A stretch of DNA of 64,000 nt from Candidatus Saliniplasma sp. (GTDB taxonomy: Archaea > Thermoplasmatota > Thermoplasmata > Halarchaeoplasmatales > Halarchaeoplasmataceae). Both the position numbers and the translations under genes were made by a program. Below are positions 20,256 through 29,503 of this stretch, in pieces. The notes beneath the pieces are model-generated. The model ran no database searches and was not told where the DNA came from. It worked only from the letters and a program-made list of their open reading frames with translations. The stretch is from assembly GCA_046497075.1 (NCBI GenBank), contig JAWOGF010000059.1:3040-67039 (forward strand). Direction: 5' to 3'. Positions within the stretch are counted from its first letter, which is position 1. Each line of letters opens with the position of its first letter.

Positions 20256-21764
20256 ATGCATTGGGCAGAAGTAGAAGCAGCAGAACTGGAGAAGGATCCA
20301 TTAGTTGCAACAGGCGAGGCACCTTCAGGACCCATACACACCGGCCATATCAGGGAGATCCTGACTGGAGAAGCCATTGCTAGAGAAGCTGACGGAGAAT
20401 TGATACTTATAGTGGACTCTATCGATCCTTTGAGGAAACTTTACCCCTTTTTAGATGATTCTTATGAGCAATATATAGATAGACCCCTTAATGAAGTCCC
20501 CTGCGTATGTGGAGAACACGGTAGTTATGCAGAGCATTTCATGGAACCCTTCATAGAATCTTTGAAGAAGATGGGAGTGGATCTGAAGCTGATCTACGCG
20601 CATGAGATGTATGCTGATGGGGAGTATGAAGAGGCCACGCGTAAAGTGATCCACAAGAGAGATGAAGTTGCAGAGATAATAAATTCTAAGACCGGGAGAG
20701 AACTGGGTGAGGATTGGTTCCCGTATAATCCGATCTGTTGTGAATGTGGTAAGTTAGGTAATGCGGTTGTAACGGGATTCGAAGATCCATACGTGTCTTA
20801 TACTTGTGAATGCGGGCACGAGGGGAAAGCAGATATCAGGAAGGACGACGGTAAACTCCCATGGAGATGTGATTGGGCTGCGAGATGGTGGATATTGGGT
20901 ATTGACTGTGAACCATTCGGTAAGGATCACGCAGCTTCAGGTGGTTCTTGGGATACTGGAAAAGAAATTGTAAAAAAGATATTTGATCGAGAACCACCAC
21001 ATCCAGTAGTTTACGAATGGATACAGTTGAAAGGAAAGGGTCCTATGTCCTCTTCTTCCGGAGTTGCTATAAAAACAGAGGATATCCTGAACATGGTTTC
21101 TCCAGAGGTGGTTCGATTTCTGATAATGCGTCCTAAGTTGAATACTCATATCGATTTCGACCCTGGATTTGGACTATTAGATCTTGTGGATGAATACGAT
21201 AAGTATGAAGAAGAGTACTTCGAAGGTGACGATGAGGAGATGAAGAAGGTTTATGAACTCTCCCAGGCGAGTGAACCTCCAAGAAGTAAACCACAAAGGA
21301 TCCCATACCGTCATCTGGTAAATCTAGTTCAGATATACGATGACCCTGAAAAGATATGGGAGATAGTTCAAGAAACTGGTGATATAGACCATCCTAGTGA
21401 AGAGGATCAGGTGATGATGAAAGAAAGGGCGGAAAGAGTAGAATTTTGGCTGGAAAATTATGCACCGGATATGGTAAAGTTCTCGATCAAGGAAGAGATG
21501 CCCGACGTAAAATTATCTACCGAAGAAAGAGAATTTCTGGAGAGATATCACGATTCCATGGATGAAGATTGTTGGACCTCCGAGGATCTCCACCGTTTGG
21601 TCCACGAAAACGCTGATAAAGTCGGTCTGAAAAAGGGAAAGGCATTTAGAGTCTTTTATAAGATACTTTTAGGGCAAAATAAAGGTCCTAGATTGGGGAG
21701 ATTCCTATCTCAGTTAGAAAAGGATTTCGTCGAAGAACGATTGAAAGAGGCAATCGATAATTGA
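20256..21764 (+). CDS. lysK: Lysyl-tRNA synthetase, class I
   Basis: The HIGH-type motif is SGPIHTGHIRE. The KMSKS-type motif is KGPMSSSSG. The architecture is the archaeal class I LysRS with a zinc-binding insertion (CCECG, CECGH). Confidence 0.85.
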   Translation: MHWAEVEAAELEKDPLVATGEAPSGPIHTGHIREILTGEAIAREADGELILIVDSIDPLRKLYPFLDDSYEQYIDRPLNEVPCVCGEHGSYAEHFMEPFIESLKKMGVDLKLIYAHEMYADGEYEEATRKVIHKRDEVAEIINSKTGRELGEDWFPYNPICCECGKLGNAVVTGFEDPYVSYTCECGHEGKADIRKDDGKLPWRCDWAARWWILGIDCEPFGKDHAASGGSWDTGKEIVKKIFDREPPHPVVYEWIQLKGKGPMSSSSGVAIKTEDILNMVSPEVVRFLIMRPKLNTHIDFDPGFGLLDLVDEYDKYEEEYFEGDDEEMKKVYELSQASEPPRSKPQRIPYRHLVNLVQIYDDPEKIWEIVQETGDIDHPSEEDQVMMKERAERVEFWLENYAPDMVKFSIKEEMPDVKLSTEEREFLERYHDSMDEDCWTSEDLHRLVHENADKVGLKKGKAFRVFYKILLGQNKGPRLGRFLSQLEKDFVEERLKEAIDN

Positions 21765-21813
21765 TTTTATATAGTATAAAGCATTTATGTTGAATTAGAA
21801 GGGCGGATCTGAT

Positions 21814-22464
21814 ATGGCGAAATATACTGCTAAGATATTGGTCCTCGGGGACGGAGCCGTGGGTAAAACCTCTCTCGTTCGAAGATACATAAAGGGTGAA
21901 TTCGAGGAAGACTATATCGCTACCATCGGAGTGAATCTTAAACATAAAACATTAGATGATATCGGATTAGATATGTCTATATGGGACTTATATGGGCAGA
22001 AATCCATGTCTCCTGGTAAACATTCATCTAATTATATAGGAGCAGAAGGGGCTCTAATAGTGTTCGATTTAACGAGGAAAAAAACTTTGGAGAATATCAG
22101 ACAGTGGGTGGATGATCTATACGAGGTCATCGGAAAAGTACCCATCGTTTTCGCTGGTAATAAAAGAGATATCTTGATCGAGTTCCAGAAGAAAAAAAAT
22201 CTCAAATTAACAAAAAAGACAAAAGAAGAATTCCACGATTTCATGATCGATGAATATTATTATAAAAGTATATATAGTCAAGAACCAAAATTCGTTCCAG
22301 TTTCTTCTAGTGAAGTAAAAGGGATGTTCAAGAGTTTTAAAAAGACATATAACAAAAAGACTGCGTACTATCTTACCAGTGCTAAAACGGGAAAAAACGT
22401 TGAGGAAGCGTTCAAAAAATTAGGTGAATTTGTTATGGAAAACCAGATAAGGTATGAGGTGTGA
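21814..22464 (+). CDS. Ras/Rab-like small GTPase
   Basis: G1 is GDGAVGKT, switch I is YIATIGV, G3 is WDLYGQ, G4 is NKRD and G5 is SAK. An unusually long Lys-rich insertion of about 50 aa lies between G4 and G5. Confidence 0.7.
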   Translation: MAKYTAKILVLGDGAVGKTSLVRRYIKGEFEEDYIATIGVNLKHKTLDDIGLDMSIWDLYGQKSMSPGKHSSNYIGAEGALIVFDLTRKKTLENIRQWVDDLYEVIGKVPIVFAGNKRDILIEFQKKKNLKLTKKTKEEFHDFMIDEYYYKSIYSQEPKFVPVSSSEVKGMFKSFKKTYNKKTAYYLTSAKTGKNVEEAFKKLGEFVMENQIRYEV

Positions 22465-22527
22465 CATCTTTCGATTTTTAGGAGATAGATTTATATCCGT
22501 ACAAATTTTTAAAGAGATGAGTTTACT

Positions 22528-23682
22528 ATGAAAGTCCTATTGGTAGATGATGAGCGTAATATACTGAATCTATCTAAGACCTACTTAGAGGAGATATATG
22601 GCAATCTAACAGTTGAAACAACATCATCTGCCCGAAAGGCACTGCAGATACTGGAAGAGGATTTTTTCTCCGCTGTGGTTTCCGACTATCAGATGCCAGA
22701 AATGGATGGACTAGAATTTCTGGAAGAATTAAGGAACCGAGGGGACGATACACCTTTTATAATTTTTACAGGAAAAGGTCGTGAAGAAGTAGCTATGAGG
22801 GCGTTAAATCTGGGGGCGGACAGATATATCCAGAAAGGCGGCGATCCACGATCCCAATACGTGGTACTTGCCCAGGCTATTAAACAATCTGTAGAGCATA
22901 GGAATGCCCAGGAGGAATTACAACGCTCTGAAAAGGAAAAAACAGCTATATTGAATTCACTTTCTGAGATCGTCATCCACCAGGATGAAGACGGGCGTAT
23001 AATCTGGTCAAATAAGGCTTTTTTAGATACTTTAAAGAAAGGCCGGGAGGACTTGACAGGCGAATATTGTTTTGAAGTATGGTTCGGACGAGACGAGAGA
23101 TGTGAAGGTTGCCCGATAGTCAAAGCATTTGAGACCCATGAAAGGGAGGAGGCTATGATATATTCGGAAAATGAAGGTGTCTGGTATATCCGGGGGGAAC
23201 CGATAAAGGATACCCATGGGGAGATCATAGGTATGTTAGAGATCGCCGCGGATATGACGGAGAGAAGAAAAGCGAAGGAACAATTGAAAAAAATTGAGAA
23301 AAAATTCACTAAACTTGTGGAAAGTAGTTCTTCAGCTGTATTTATCCTCAAGAATACTGAAGTCGTATATCTAAATAGGGCGACGGAATTTATCACCGGT
23401 TTCAGTACTGACGAATTGAAATCTATGGACTTCATGGAGATGGTGAGTGATGACCAGGAAAAAGTTTTCCGAGAAAGGATCGAATCCATCCAGAACAAAA
23501 ACAAGGGCAGGACTCGATTCGAGTTGAAGATAACTGGCAAAGCCGGTGATGAGCGTTGGATCTATCTTACTATGACTTACCTTGAATACGAGGAGGAAGA
23601 TGCAGTTTTGTGTAGTGGCGTGGAGATTACAGATCAAAAATATTTGGAGGAAGCTCTCTCAAAAACCTCGAAGGAACAATGA
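22528..23682 (+). CDS. Response regulator receiver (REC) fused to PAS/PAC sensor domains, with no output domain
   Basis: The N-terminus MKVLLVDDE...SDYQMPEMDG is CheY-like, with the phospho-acceptor Asp context. Two PAS-like segments and a Cys cluster (CEGCP) follow. Confidence 0.7.
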   Translation: MKVLLVDDERNILNLSKTYLEEIYGNLTVETTSSARKALQILEEDFFSAVVSDYQMPEMDGLEFLEELRNRGDDTPFIIFTGKGREEVAMRALNLGADRYIQKGGDPRSQYVVLAQAIKQSVEHRNAQEELQRSEKEKTAILNSLSEIVIHQDEDGRIIWSNKAFLDTLKKGREDLTGEYCFEVWFGRDERCEGCPIVKAFETHEREEAMIYSENEGVWYIRGEPIKDTHGEIIGMLEIAADMTERRKAKEQLKKIEKKFTKLVESSSSAVFILKNTEVVYLNRATEFITGFSTDELKSMDFMEMVSDDQEKVFRERIESIQNKNKGRTRFELKITGKAGDERWIYLTMTYLEYEEEDAVLCSGVEITDQKYLEEALSKTSKEQ

Positions 23683-23690
23683 TCATGAGA

Positions 23691-26465
23691 TCATTTATGT
23701 CTCGTCCTTCTTTTCTTAATAGAGTACATATTGATCCCGATCCAGGTAAAGAACAATACAGCGATTATGATCACGAAAGGAAGGAATGAATATACATCTA
23801 TATATGTGCCAACCGTCATACTGATGGTCGCTCCACTATCCGGATCTACACGACCTTCGATGTAATATCTTCCTGTCTCATCTTCTTGGATGTCAAATCC
23901 CCTTCCGTTTGCCTCAGCATCCATCAATTCCATACCCTCCGGTACTTTGATAGTATAGTTCAGACCCCACTCTTGAATACTGCCCAATTCTAGCATGACC
24001 TGTTGATCGATGAGATACCTTCTTTGTATCTCAAAAGCAGTCTGTTCGTTCCCGTCAGATAAATCTTTCTCAAACGAAGCATTATAGAAGATATTCAAAG
24101 GCTGTCCAGAGTCCATAGCGTTAACCTCATATTCGCCTTCGATCCCTCTCACTATCAACCTTTCCTCTATGGTTTTCCCGGAAACGGATGTTAATCTATA
24201 ATTGATCTCATCTTCTTTCTCTGCCAAGAATCTATCTATCTCATCTTCGAAACCGTTATCATACAGTAGTTTCAAAAAATCAGCATTGATGTGTTTTATA
24301 TCCAGTGGTTCCGGTAAATCCCTTTCTAAGGCTCTAGGTACGGGTATTTCGTCGATCGTTCCGGAGAGTTCCGCATGGGCCGAGACATACTCTCTATCAA
24401 CATCTCTTTTCAGTTCGTAGATATCTAACAGTAAACTAACGTCCGGCTGCTTTTCTTTCAATTCTACAGGGTTTTCATGTCCTATCTCCAATCTATTTTC
24501 TTTACGAGGGGTCAACCCATCCGTGTTGTTCAATCCTAAAGAAATAGATGTTTCTCGTTCTTCCCCATCAATAAAGGCGAGATCGGGTGGAGCAGTGATA
24601 TTATAACTAGTTTTATGCCCCTCTTCACAATAGATAGGGAATTCCTGTTCTAACCTTCCTCCGATCTTTAATGTACTGTACAAAAGGCTTTCCAAATCAG
24701 CATTTTCTGGAACGTCATATCGAGTGGGGTAAAAATTGATGACGATGTACGAGGTTATCACTATCGGGCCTTCTTCTGTGTCTTCTAAACTGTCCTCATC
24801 GATCGAACTATTGTAGCTATACTCCCCTTCATAGCTTTCACCATCTAAACCAAATGATTCGTTTAATCTGCTCTCAACAAAAGAGTCTGTAAGCGAGGTC
24901 AGGTCCTCTTCTATAACTTCTTTTATTTCTTCATTGGAATGATATAACTGTCGGATTTCATCTGCACTTAGATCCTCCTCTTCTACCTCCGCTTGGTGGA
25001 TCTCAAATGTCGAATTCATATGATGTTGAGTGAGGTTTTTAAAAGTTAACTCATGGTTTTCTTCTACAATTAATGGATCTTCTATTCCACCGTTCTCAGC
25101 AGTGTGTGGAGGTGAGATCATCAAGATCAAAACGCATAATACTATCAATGGTATCGATACCCGGTAATAGAAATGTTTCTTTGAATCCTCTGTTTTTGGT
25201 TTTTTGGTCTTTTTTCTGAGTTTCTTCTTTTTCACTTTCTTTTTCTGTGGTTTCTTCTTTTTCACTTTCATTTTCTGTGGTTTCTTCTTTTTCACTTTCA
25301 TTTTCCTCTGAGCAAGGACCTGGATAGTATTTCCCAACAGATGAGGTTTTTTAACACCGTGAAGGATGCAAAAATCATACCTTTTTCGTCCCTTGGATGC
25401 TTTATGAAAAAGGATATTGACGTTCCCATAACCGAACCGCTTAGCTAAAAAGCCCTGCACCACGCCTATATCTTTAAACCTATACAGGGGATAGACTACA
25501 GAATTCTCTAGCTTATGAGTATTGAGCTTGACTATCCTCTCATTAGTGACAAGGTATCTCAGACCAGCATCTTTGTATAAAAGCATGGCGGTGACTAACC
25601 CATAGAATATCAAAAGGATGGAAAATCCAGATGTAATAAGATTATGGAAGTATTCTAATGGGATGATCTGAAATTGAGGGATCAAAAAGACCATCGATAC
25701 GAGAACCAAGGTTATACCCGATGCCTTGAACGGAGAAGAATCCAATTTAATAAGATCTCCCAGTCTTATGAAGATCCCTCCGATAAGAAGTAAGATAACG
25801 AAGTACATCAGTGTTTGAAGAGAGAATGGAAACCCTAGGAACGTTTCCCATAAAGTTCTTGGATATACACTTCTGACATAATTTTTCAATGAGATCATGA
25901 AAGATATTGAGACCGCTATGGTAAAAAAAGCGATCCATGTATGTTCTAAAAACTCTCTCCATCCCTTCGGTTCGAACATGTTCTTACTAAATAGATGAAT
26001 GATCGATAGGACTGCTATAAGAGGGATCAGCATGGGGTATATGGAAAAAATATCTCCTCTTATACCTTCAGCAGTTACTATCAGAGTAAAAATTCCAGTT
26101 AAAACAGATAATATCGCTGCCACAGCTATCTTGAAATAAAAAGCGGGATGAAGCTTTGTATCAGCCATAATCGTTTCTTTCTTCTTTAGATTTATCTTCA
26201 GCCCCAACTTAAGACTATCATCTGAAGATTGTCCCATCAAGCCTTCAAAAACCTTTTTTTGTTCGATGATGATCTTATTTAAAGCTGCCCCGATGATCAC
26301 GACGGGGACCAAAATCAAACCTATATAAACACTATACGTTAAAAGATCTGGAGATCTTATAAATCCAAACATCGTCAAAAGATTGATACCGGCGATGCTT
26401 AAAGATACTAGAACGGTAATTATTATGAGTATATAACTCCCGATATCATTCCCTTTCTTTGGCAA
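23691..26465 (-). CDS. Large multi-pass membrane protein with a bacterial PH-like (bPH_2/YdbT-like) domain, a poly-lysine tract and an acidic extracytoplasmic domain
   Basis: The N-terminal half has about 8 hydrophobic helices, then a PH-like segment (LVTNERIVKLN...YRFKDIGVVQGFLAKRFGYGNVNIL). Next comes the basic tract KKKKPQKMKVKKKKPQKKKVKKKKLRKK, encoded by 30-nt tandem DNA repeats. A further transmembrane helix, a roughly 450-aa acidic domain and a C-terminal transmembrane helix with a KKRRTRHK tail complete the protein. Confidence 0.5.
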   Translation of the reverse strand: MPKKGNDIGSYILIIITVLVSLSIAGINLLTMFGFIRSPDLLTYSVYIGLILVPVVIIGAALNKIIIEQKKVFEGLMGQSSDDSLKLGLKINLKKKETIMADTKLHPAFYFKIAVAAILSVLTGIFTLIVTAEGIRGDIFSIYPMLIPLIAVLSIIHLFSKNMFEPKGWREFLEHTWIAFFTIAVSISFMISLKNYVRSVYPRTLWETFLGFPFSLQTLMYFVILLLIGGIFIRLGDLIKLDSSPFKASGITLVLVSMVFLIPQFQIIPLEYFHNLITSGFSILLIFYGLVTAMLLYKDAGLRYLVTNERIVKLNTHKLENSVVYPLYRFKDIGVVQGFLAKRFGYGNVNILFHKASKGRKRYDFCILHGVKKPHLLGNTIQVLAQRKMKVKKKKPQKMKVKKKKPQKKKVKKKKLRKKTKKPKTEDSKKHFYYRVSIPLIVLCVLILMISPPHTAENGGIEDPLIVEENHELTFKNLTQHHMNSTFEIHQAEVEEEDLSADEIRQLYHSNEEIKEVIEEDLTSLTDSFVESRLNESFGLDGESYEGEYSYNSSIDEDSLEDTEEGPIVITSYIVINFYPTRYDVPENADLESLLYSTLKIGGRLEQEFPIYCEEGHKTSYNITAPPDLAFIDGEERETSISLGLNNTDGLTPRKENRLEIGHENPVELKEKQPDVSLLLDIYELKRDVDREYVSAHAELSGTIDEIPVPRALERDLPEPLDIKHINADFLKLLYDNGFEDEIDRFLAEKEDEINYRLTSVSGKTIEERLIVRGIEGEYEVNAMDSGQPLNIFYNASFEKDLSDGNEQTAFEIQRRYLIDQQVMLELGSIQEWGLNYTIKVPEGMELMDAEANGRGFDIQEDETGRYYIEGRVDPDSGATISMTVGTYIDVYSFLPFVIIIAVLFFTWIGINMYSIKKRRTRHK
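25215..25310. repeat. About three copies of a 30-nt in-frame tandem repeat (ttttctgtggtttcttctttttcactttca) encoding the poly-Lys tract
   Basis: The repeat is directly visible in the sequence at 25217-25310. Confidence 0.8.
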
Positions 26466-26492
26466 AAGATTACCTCATTGTTATTTTACCAT

Positions 26493-26840
26493 TCAAGTGG
26501 TGAGTTCGATGATAGCTTCTGCAGGTTTTCCATCGGTTTTCTCAAGTGCTTCTTTAGCTTCCTCCTTGGATACACCGGCTCTCTCGGAAACAAGTTTGAT
26601 GTCCTCTTCATCAATCAAGACTTTACCCTCTAAAGCCTCTTCTCTTGGAGAACCGACTATCTGATACATCTCTTGGCCTTTTACTTTCATACGCACGACT
26701 TCAGCACTATCAAAAACAAGTTTTTTATCACTCGTTTCAATGATCACCTTCTCGGCATCGATATCATTACTTTCCATGCCCATCTTCTTCATCATGCGCT
26801 TCATCTGTCTTGAGTTACCACCCGGCATCATAGCTATCAA
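26493..26840 (-). CDS. nac: Nascent polypeptide-associated complex protein (archaeal alpha-NAC)
   Basis: The N-terminus MMPGGNSRQMKRMMKKMGM matches the NAC family. The C-terminus carries a UBA-like EEAKEALEKTDGKPAEAIIEL. Confidence 0.8.
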   Translation of the reverse strand: MIAMMPGGNSRQMKRMMKKMGMESNDIDAEKVIIETSDKKLVFDSAEVVRMKVKGQEMYQIVGSPREEALEGKVLIDEEDIKLVSERAGVSKEEAKEALEKTDGKPAEAIIELTT

Positions 26841-26959
26841 CCAATAAAGATAAGGTGGTAGTTCTTATAAAACAATTACGCTAAAATCACATAAAAGAAA
26901 GGTCGTTGAGTCAAAAAAAATATATCCTGTCGATTATATGCAGTAGCGGGTAAAGGAAG

Positions 26960-27802
26960 ATGTTGATAAAAGGACCTGGGTCACCAGAACTGAGCGATAG
27001 GTTGATAGAGAGAAATGATTTAGATCATGTAGAAGTCGAATCGAAGATCTTCCCAGATGGGGAGATCTATGTTAGTCTATCCGGGGATGTAGAAGGGGAG
27101 GACTGTTATCTAGTACAGACAACTTATCCTACTCGAAGATTAATTGAACTCTTCTTTATCCAGGATGCACTAGTTGGGAACGGAGCGAAGTCTATTAATG
27201 TGATAGTACCGTATTTTTCATACGCTCGCCAGGATCAGATGTTCGAACCGGGTGAAGCCGTCAGCTCTAGGGCTTTAGCTAAAAGGATAGAGATACAAGC
27301 AGAATCCTTTCACAGCGTTGATATGCATTCCGAAAAGATTATCGATTTTTTTAACATCCCCTGTGAGAATCACACAGCTATGAGTTTACTTGGGATGCAT
27401 TCCGAGATCTATGAACCCGATTTACTGATCTCACCAGACGAAGGAGGTGTCGATAGGGTGAAGATAGCAGCCGATGAGATAAATACGGATTGGGATTATC
27501 TTGAAAAGAAACGGATAGACGGTGAAACAGTACAGATCAAGCCCAAGAATATTAAAGTTGAAGGGAAAAAGGTTGTGATCTTAGATGATATCATCTCGAC
27601 CGGCGGAACTATGAGAGAAGCCTCTAAACAGTTGTTAGAACAGGGCGCGGAACAGGTGCATGCCGGGTGTACCCACGGACTCTTCGTTGACGATGCAAAA
27701 GAAAGATTAATGGATATATGCGACAGTGTTTTCTGTACGGATACCATCGAGAAGGGGAAATGTGAGCTGACAGTAGCTCCCTTGTTCGAGGAAATATTTT
27801 AA
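26960..27802 (+). CDS. prs: Ribose-phosphate pyrophosphokinase (PRPP synthetase)
   Basis: IFPDGEIYV is present. The PRPP-binding motif is VVILDDIISTGGTM. The 280-aa length is archaeal. Confidence 0.85.
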   Translation: MLIKGPGSPELSDRLIERNDLDHVEVESKIFPDGEIYVSLSGDVEGEDCYLVQTTYPTRRLIELFFIQDALVGNGAKSINVIVPYFSYARQDQMFEPGEAVSSRALAKRIEIQAESFHSVDMHSEKIIDFFNIPCENHTAMSLLGMHSEIYEPDLLISPDEGGVDRVKIAADEINTDWDYLEKKRIDGETVQIKPKNIKVEGKKVVILDDIISTGGTMREASKQLLEQGAEQVHAGCTHGLFVDDAKERLMDICDSVFCTDTIEKGKCELTVAPLFEEIF

Positions 27803-27951
27803 AATATATCAATTCGAGAACTGTGCGAAATATCTTTTATACTATCTAAATTAATGTATTACTGTAATTGAAGTTAAATTAACCTGACCTCATCAAGATA
27901 ACAACCTCCTCAACTCTCTTTTTTTTATAGAGAAAAGAGGGGTGAAAAGAT

Positions 27952-28836
27952 ATGCAAAAGGCCAATAAACTTAGACAGGTCATCGTTTCCTTTCTATTCA
28001 TCATCATCTTAGTATCTATTACACAAGGCGCTGTTTCGGAAGCTTATTCTTCGTCTGATTTTGATGTAGACGTAGATTTAGAGGATGAAGTGAAGGTTTC
28101 GATATCTCACGATGACAATTTGTTGTACAGTATAGATTATAAAAATTTTATCATAACTACTGAAGATAGAACCTATGATATTCCACTTCACGAGTGTGAT
28201 TGGACGATAGATAAAAGAGAGATAAAAGATGAAGCCTTTCCCCACACAGATATACAACTGCAGACTGAATTAAGAGACGGAAATGATTTCATCGGTGATC
28301 TCAATTTCGATATCGATGTTTATTACAGTCGAGATGTTTCAGAAGTCACATTCTCTTTCACTCTAAGCGATATCGAACATCTCAGCGGTGGGATGATAGA
28401 TATCGTCAAGGATGTTAGTACGACTGGGTACATGATAGACGAACCTGAATTAGATAAGGAATACTACAAATTTTATTATCAGGACGGATCTACAGGATTA
28501 TACCGTTGGAACAATGAACTGGTTTTTAACGGCGAGTCCTCTGAATTAGATTTCTGGTCTGAAGATGAAAGGAGATTGATAATTCAAGGTGATTTCGGAT
28601 CCGATATAGATGAAGTATCAATGGAACCAGTTGAAATAGAAAAAACAAACGCTGGAGTAGCAGTTCCCGTTCCGGAACCTTACGACCATCTACCTTCATT
28701 CGTTATCGGACTTATGATCGGGGCTGGAATAATAGTGGGTATCTTGGCGGAAAAGAGAACTCAATTCTATAAAGAAAAGGATCCAGAAAAGGTCGTGAAA
28801 TTAGAGGATTCTTATTACTACAAAGGGAAGGATTAA
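27952..28836 (+). CDS. Secreted or C-terminally anchored acidic surface protein (hypothetical)
   Basis: It has an N-terminal signal peptide, an acidic body and a C-terminal hydrophobic helix (FVIGLMIGAGIIVGILA) followed by basic residues. Confidence 0.4.
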   Translation: MQKANKLRQVIVSFLFIIILVSITQGAVSEAYSSSDFDVDVDLEDEVKVSISHDDNLLYSIDYKNFIITTEDRTYDIPLHECDWTIDKREIKDEAFPHTDIQLQTELRDGNDFIGDLNFDIDVYYSRDVSEVTFSFTLSDIEHLSGGMIDIVKDVSTTGYMIDEPELDKEYYKFYYQDGSTGLYRWNNELVFNGESSELDFWSEDERRLIIQGDFGSDIDEVSMEPVEIEKTNAGVAVPVPEPYDHLPSFVIGLMIGAGIIVGILAEKRTQFYKEKDPEKVVKLEDSYYYKGKD

Positions 28837-29480
28837 GGAAGGTCAAGTTCTTCAGCGAGTTTATCGATACCTTCTCCTTTTTTTGCATTCATCCTTATCA
28901 AAGTACCATGCGGATTTATTCTCTCATAATCTTCTTCGATTACAGATAATTCAACATCCATCATATCTGCTAGATCTACTTTGTTGATGACGGTGATATC
29001 ACTCTGAGCAAATATCAGTGGGTGTTTACGTATCATATCATCACCTTCAGTTACGGATATGATGACTACATTTTTCTCCGAACCAAGAGGGAAATCCACT
29101 GGACAGATCAAGTTTCCTACGTTTTCTATGAACAGATAATCAAGATCCTTAACGGGTAGATCTTCCAAAGCGTGGGAAACGTAATGTGCATCTAGATGAC
29201 AGTCCTTACCGGTGTTGACAGCTGTGGATATGAGTCCCTTTTCTTTAAAACGCAGATGGTCGTCCTCTCCTGTTAGATCTCCAGCGATAGCACCGATTTT
29301 CTTCCCGTCGATAACCTCGGATAAACGTTCTATAACAGATGTTTTCCCGGAACCGATAGCCCCCAGTATGTTGAACGCTCTGACTCCATTTTCTTTAAAA
29401 AGTTCAGCATTCTTTTCCGCTAATTTTTCATTCTCCTCGAGTATGTTCTTCTCCATATCGACGTCGCAGACTTTATGCAT
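28833..29480 (-). CDS. hypB: HypB/UreG-family nickel-incorporation GTPase (HypB-like)
   Basis: The P-loop is GAIGSGKTS. GDL..EDD, a CH motif (GKDCHLDAHYV), ENVGNLICP and NKVDL are present. The sequence is co-linear with HypB. Confidence 0.75.
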   Translation of the reverse strand: MHKVCDVDMEKNILEENEKLAEKNAELFKENGVRAFNILGAIGSGKTSVIERLSEVIDGKKIGAIAGDLTGEDDHLRFKEKGLISTAVNTGKDCHLDAHYVSHALEDLPVKDLDYLFIENVGNLICPVDFPLGSEKNVVIISVTEGDDMIRKHPLIFAQSDITVINKVDLADMMDVELSVIEEDYERINPHGTLIRMNAKKGEGIDKLAEELDLP

Positions 29481-29503
29481 GTTAGATTTCAGTTTCGCAT
29501 TCG

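Noticed and set aside
22689-23540. 283-aa antisense ORF inside the REC-PAS gene, and similar antisense ORFs at 57786..58361 (inside orc1), 17914..18777 (inside the dehydrogenase gene) and 59148..59564
   Set aside because: Each lies wholly inside a well-supported gene on the opposite strand and has low-complexity composition.
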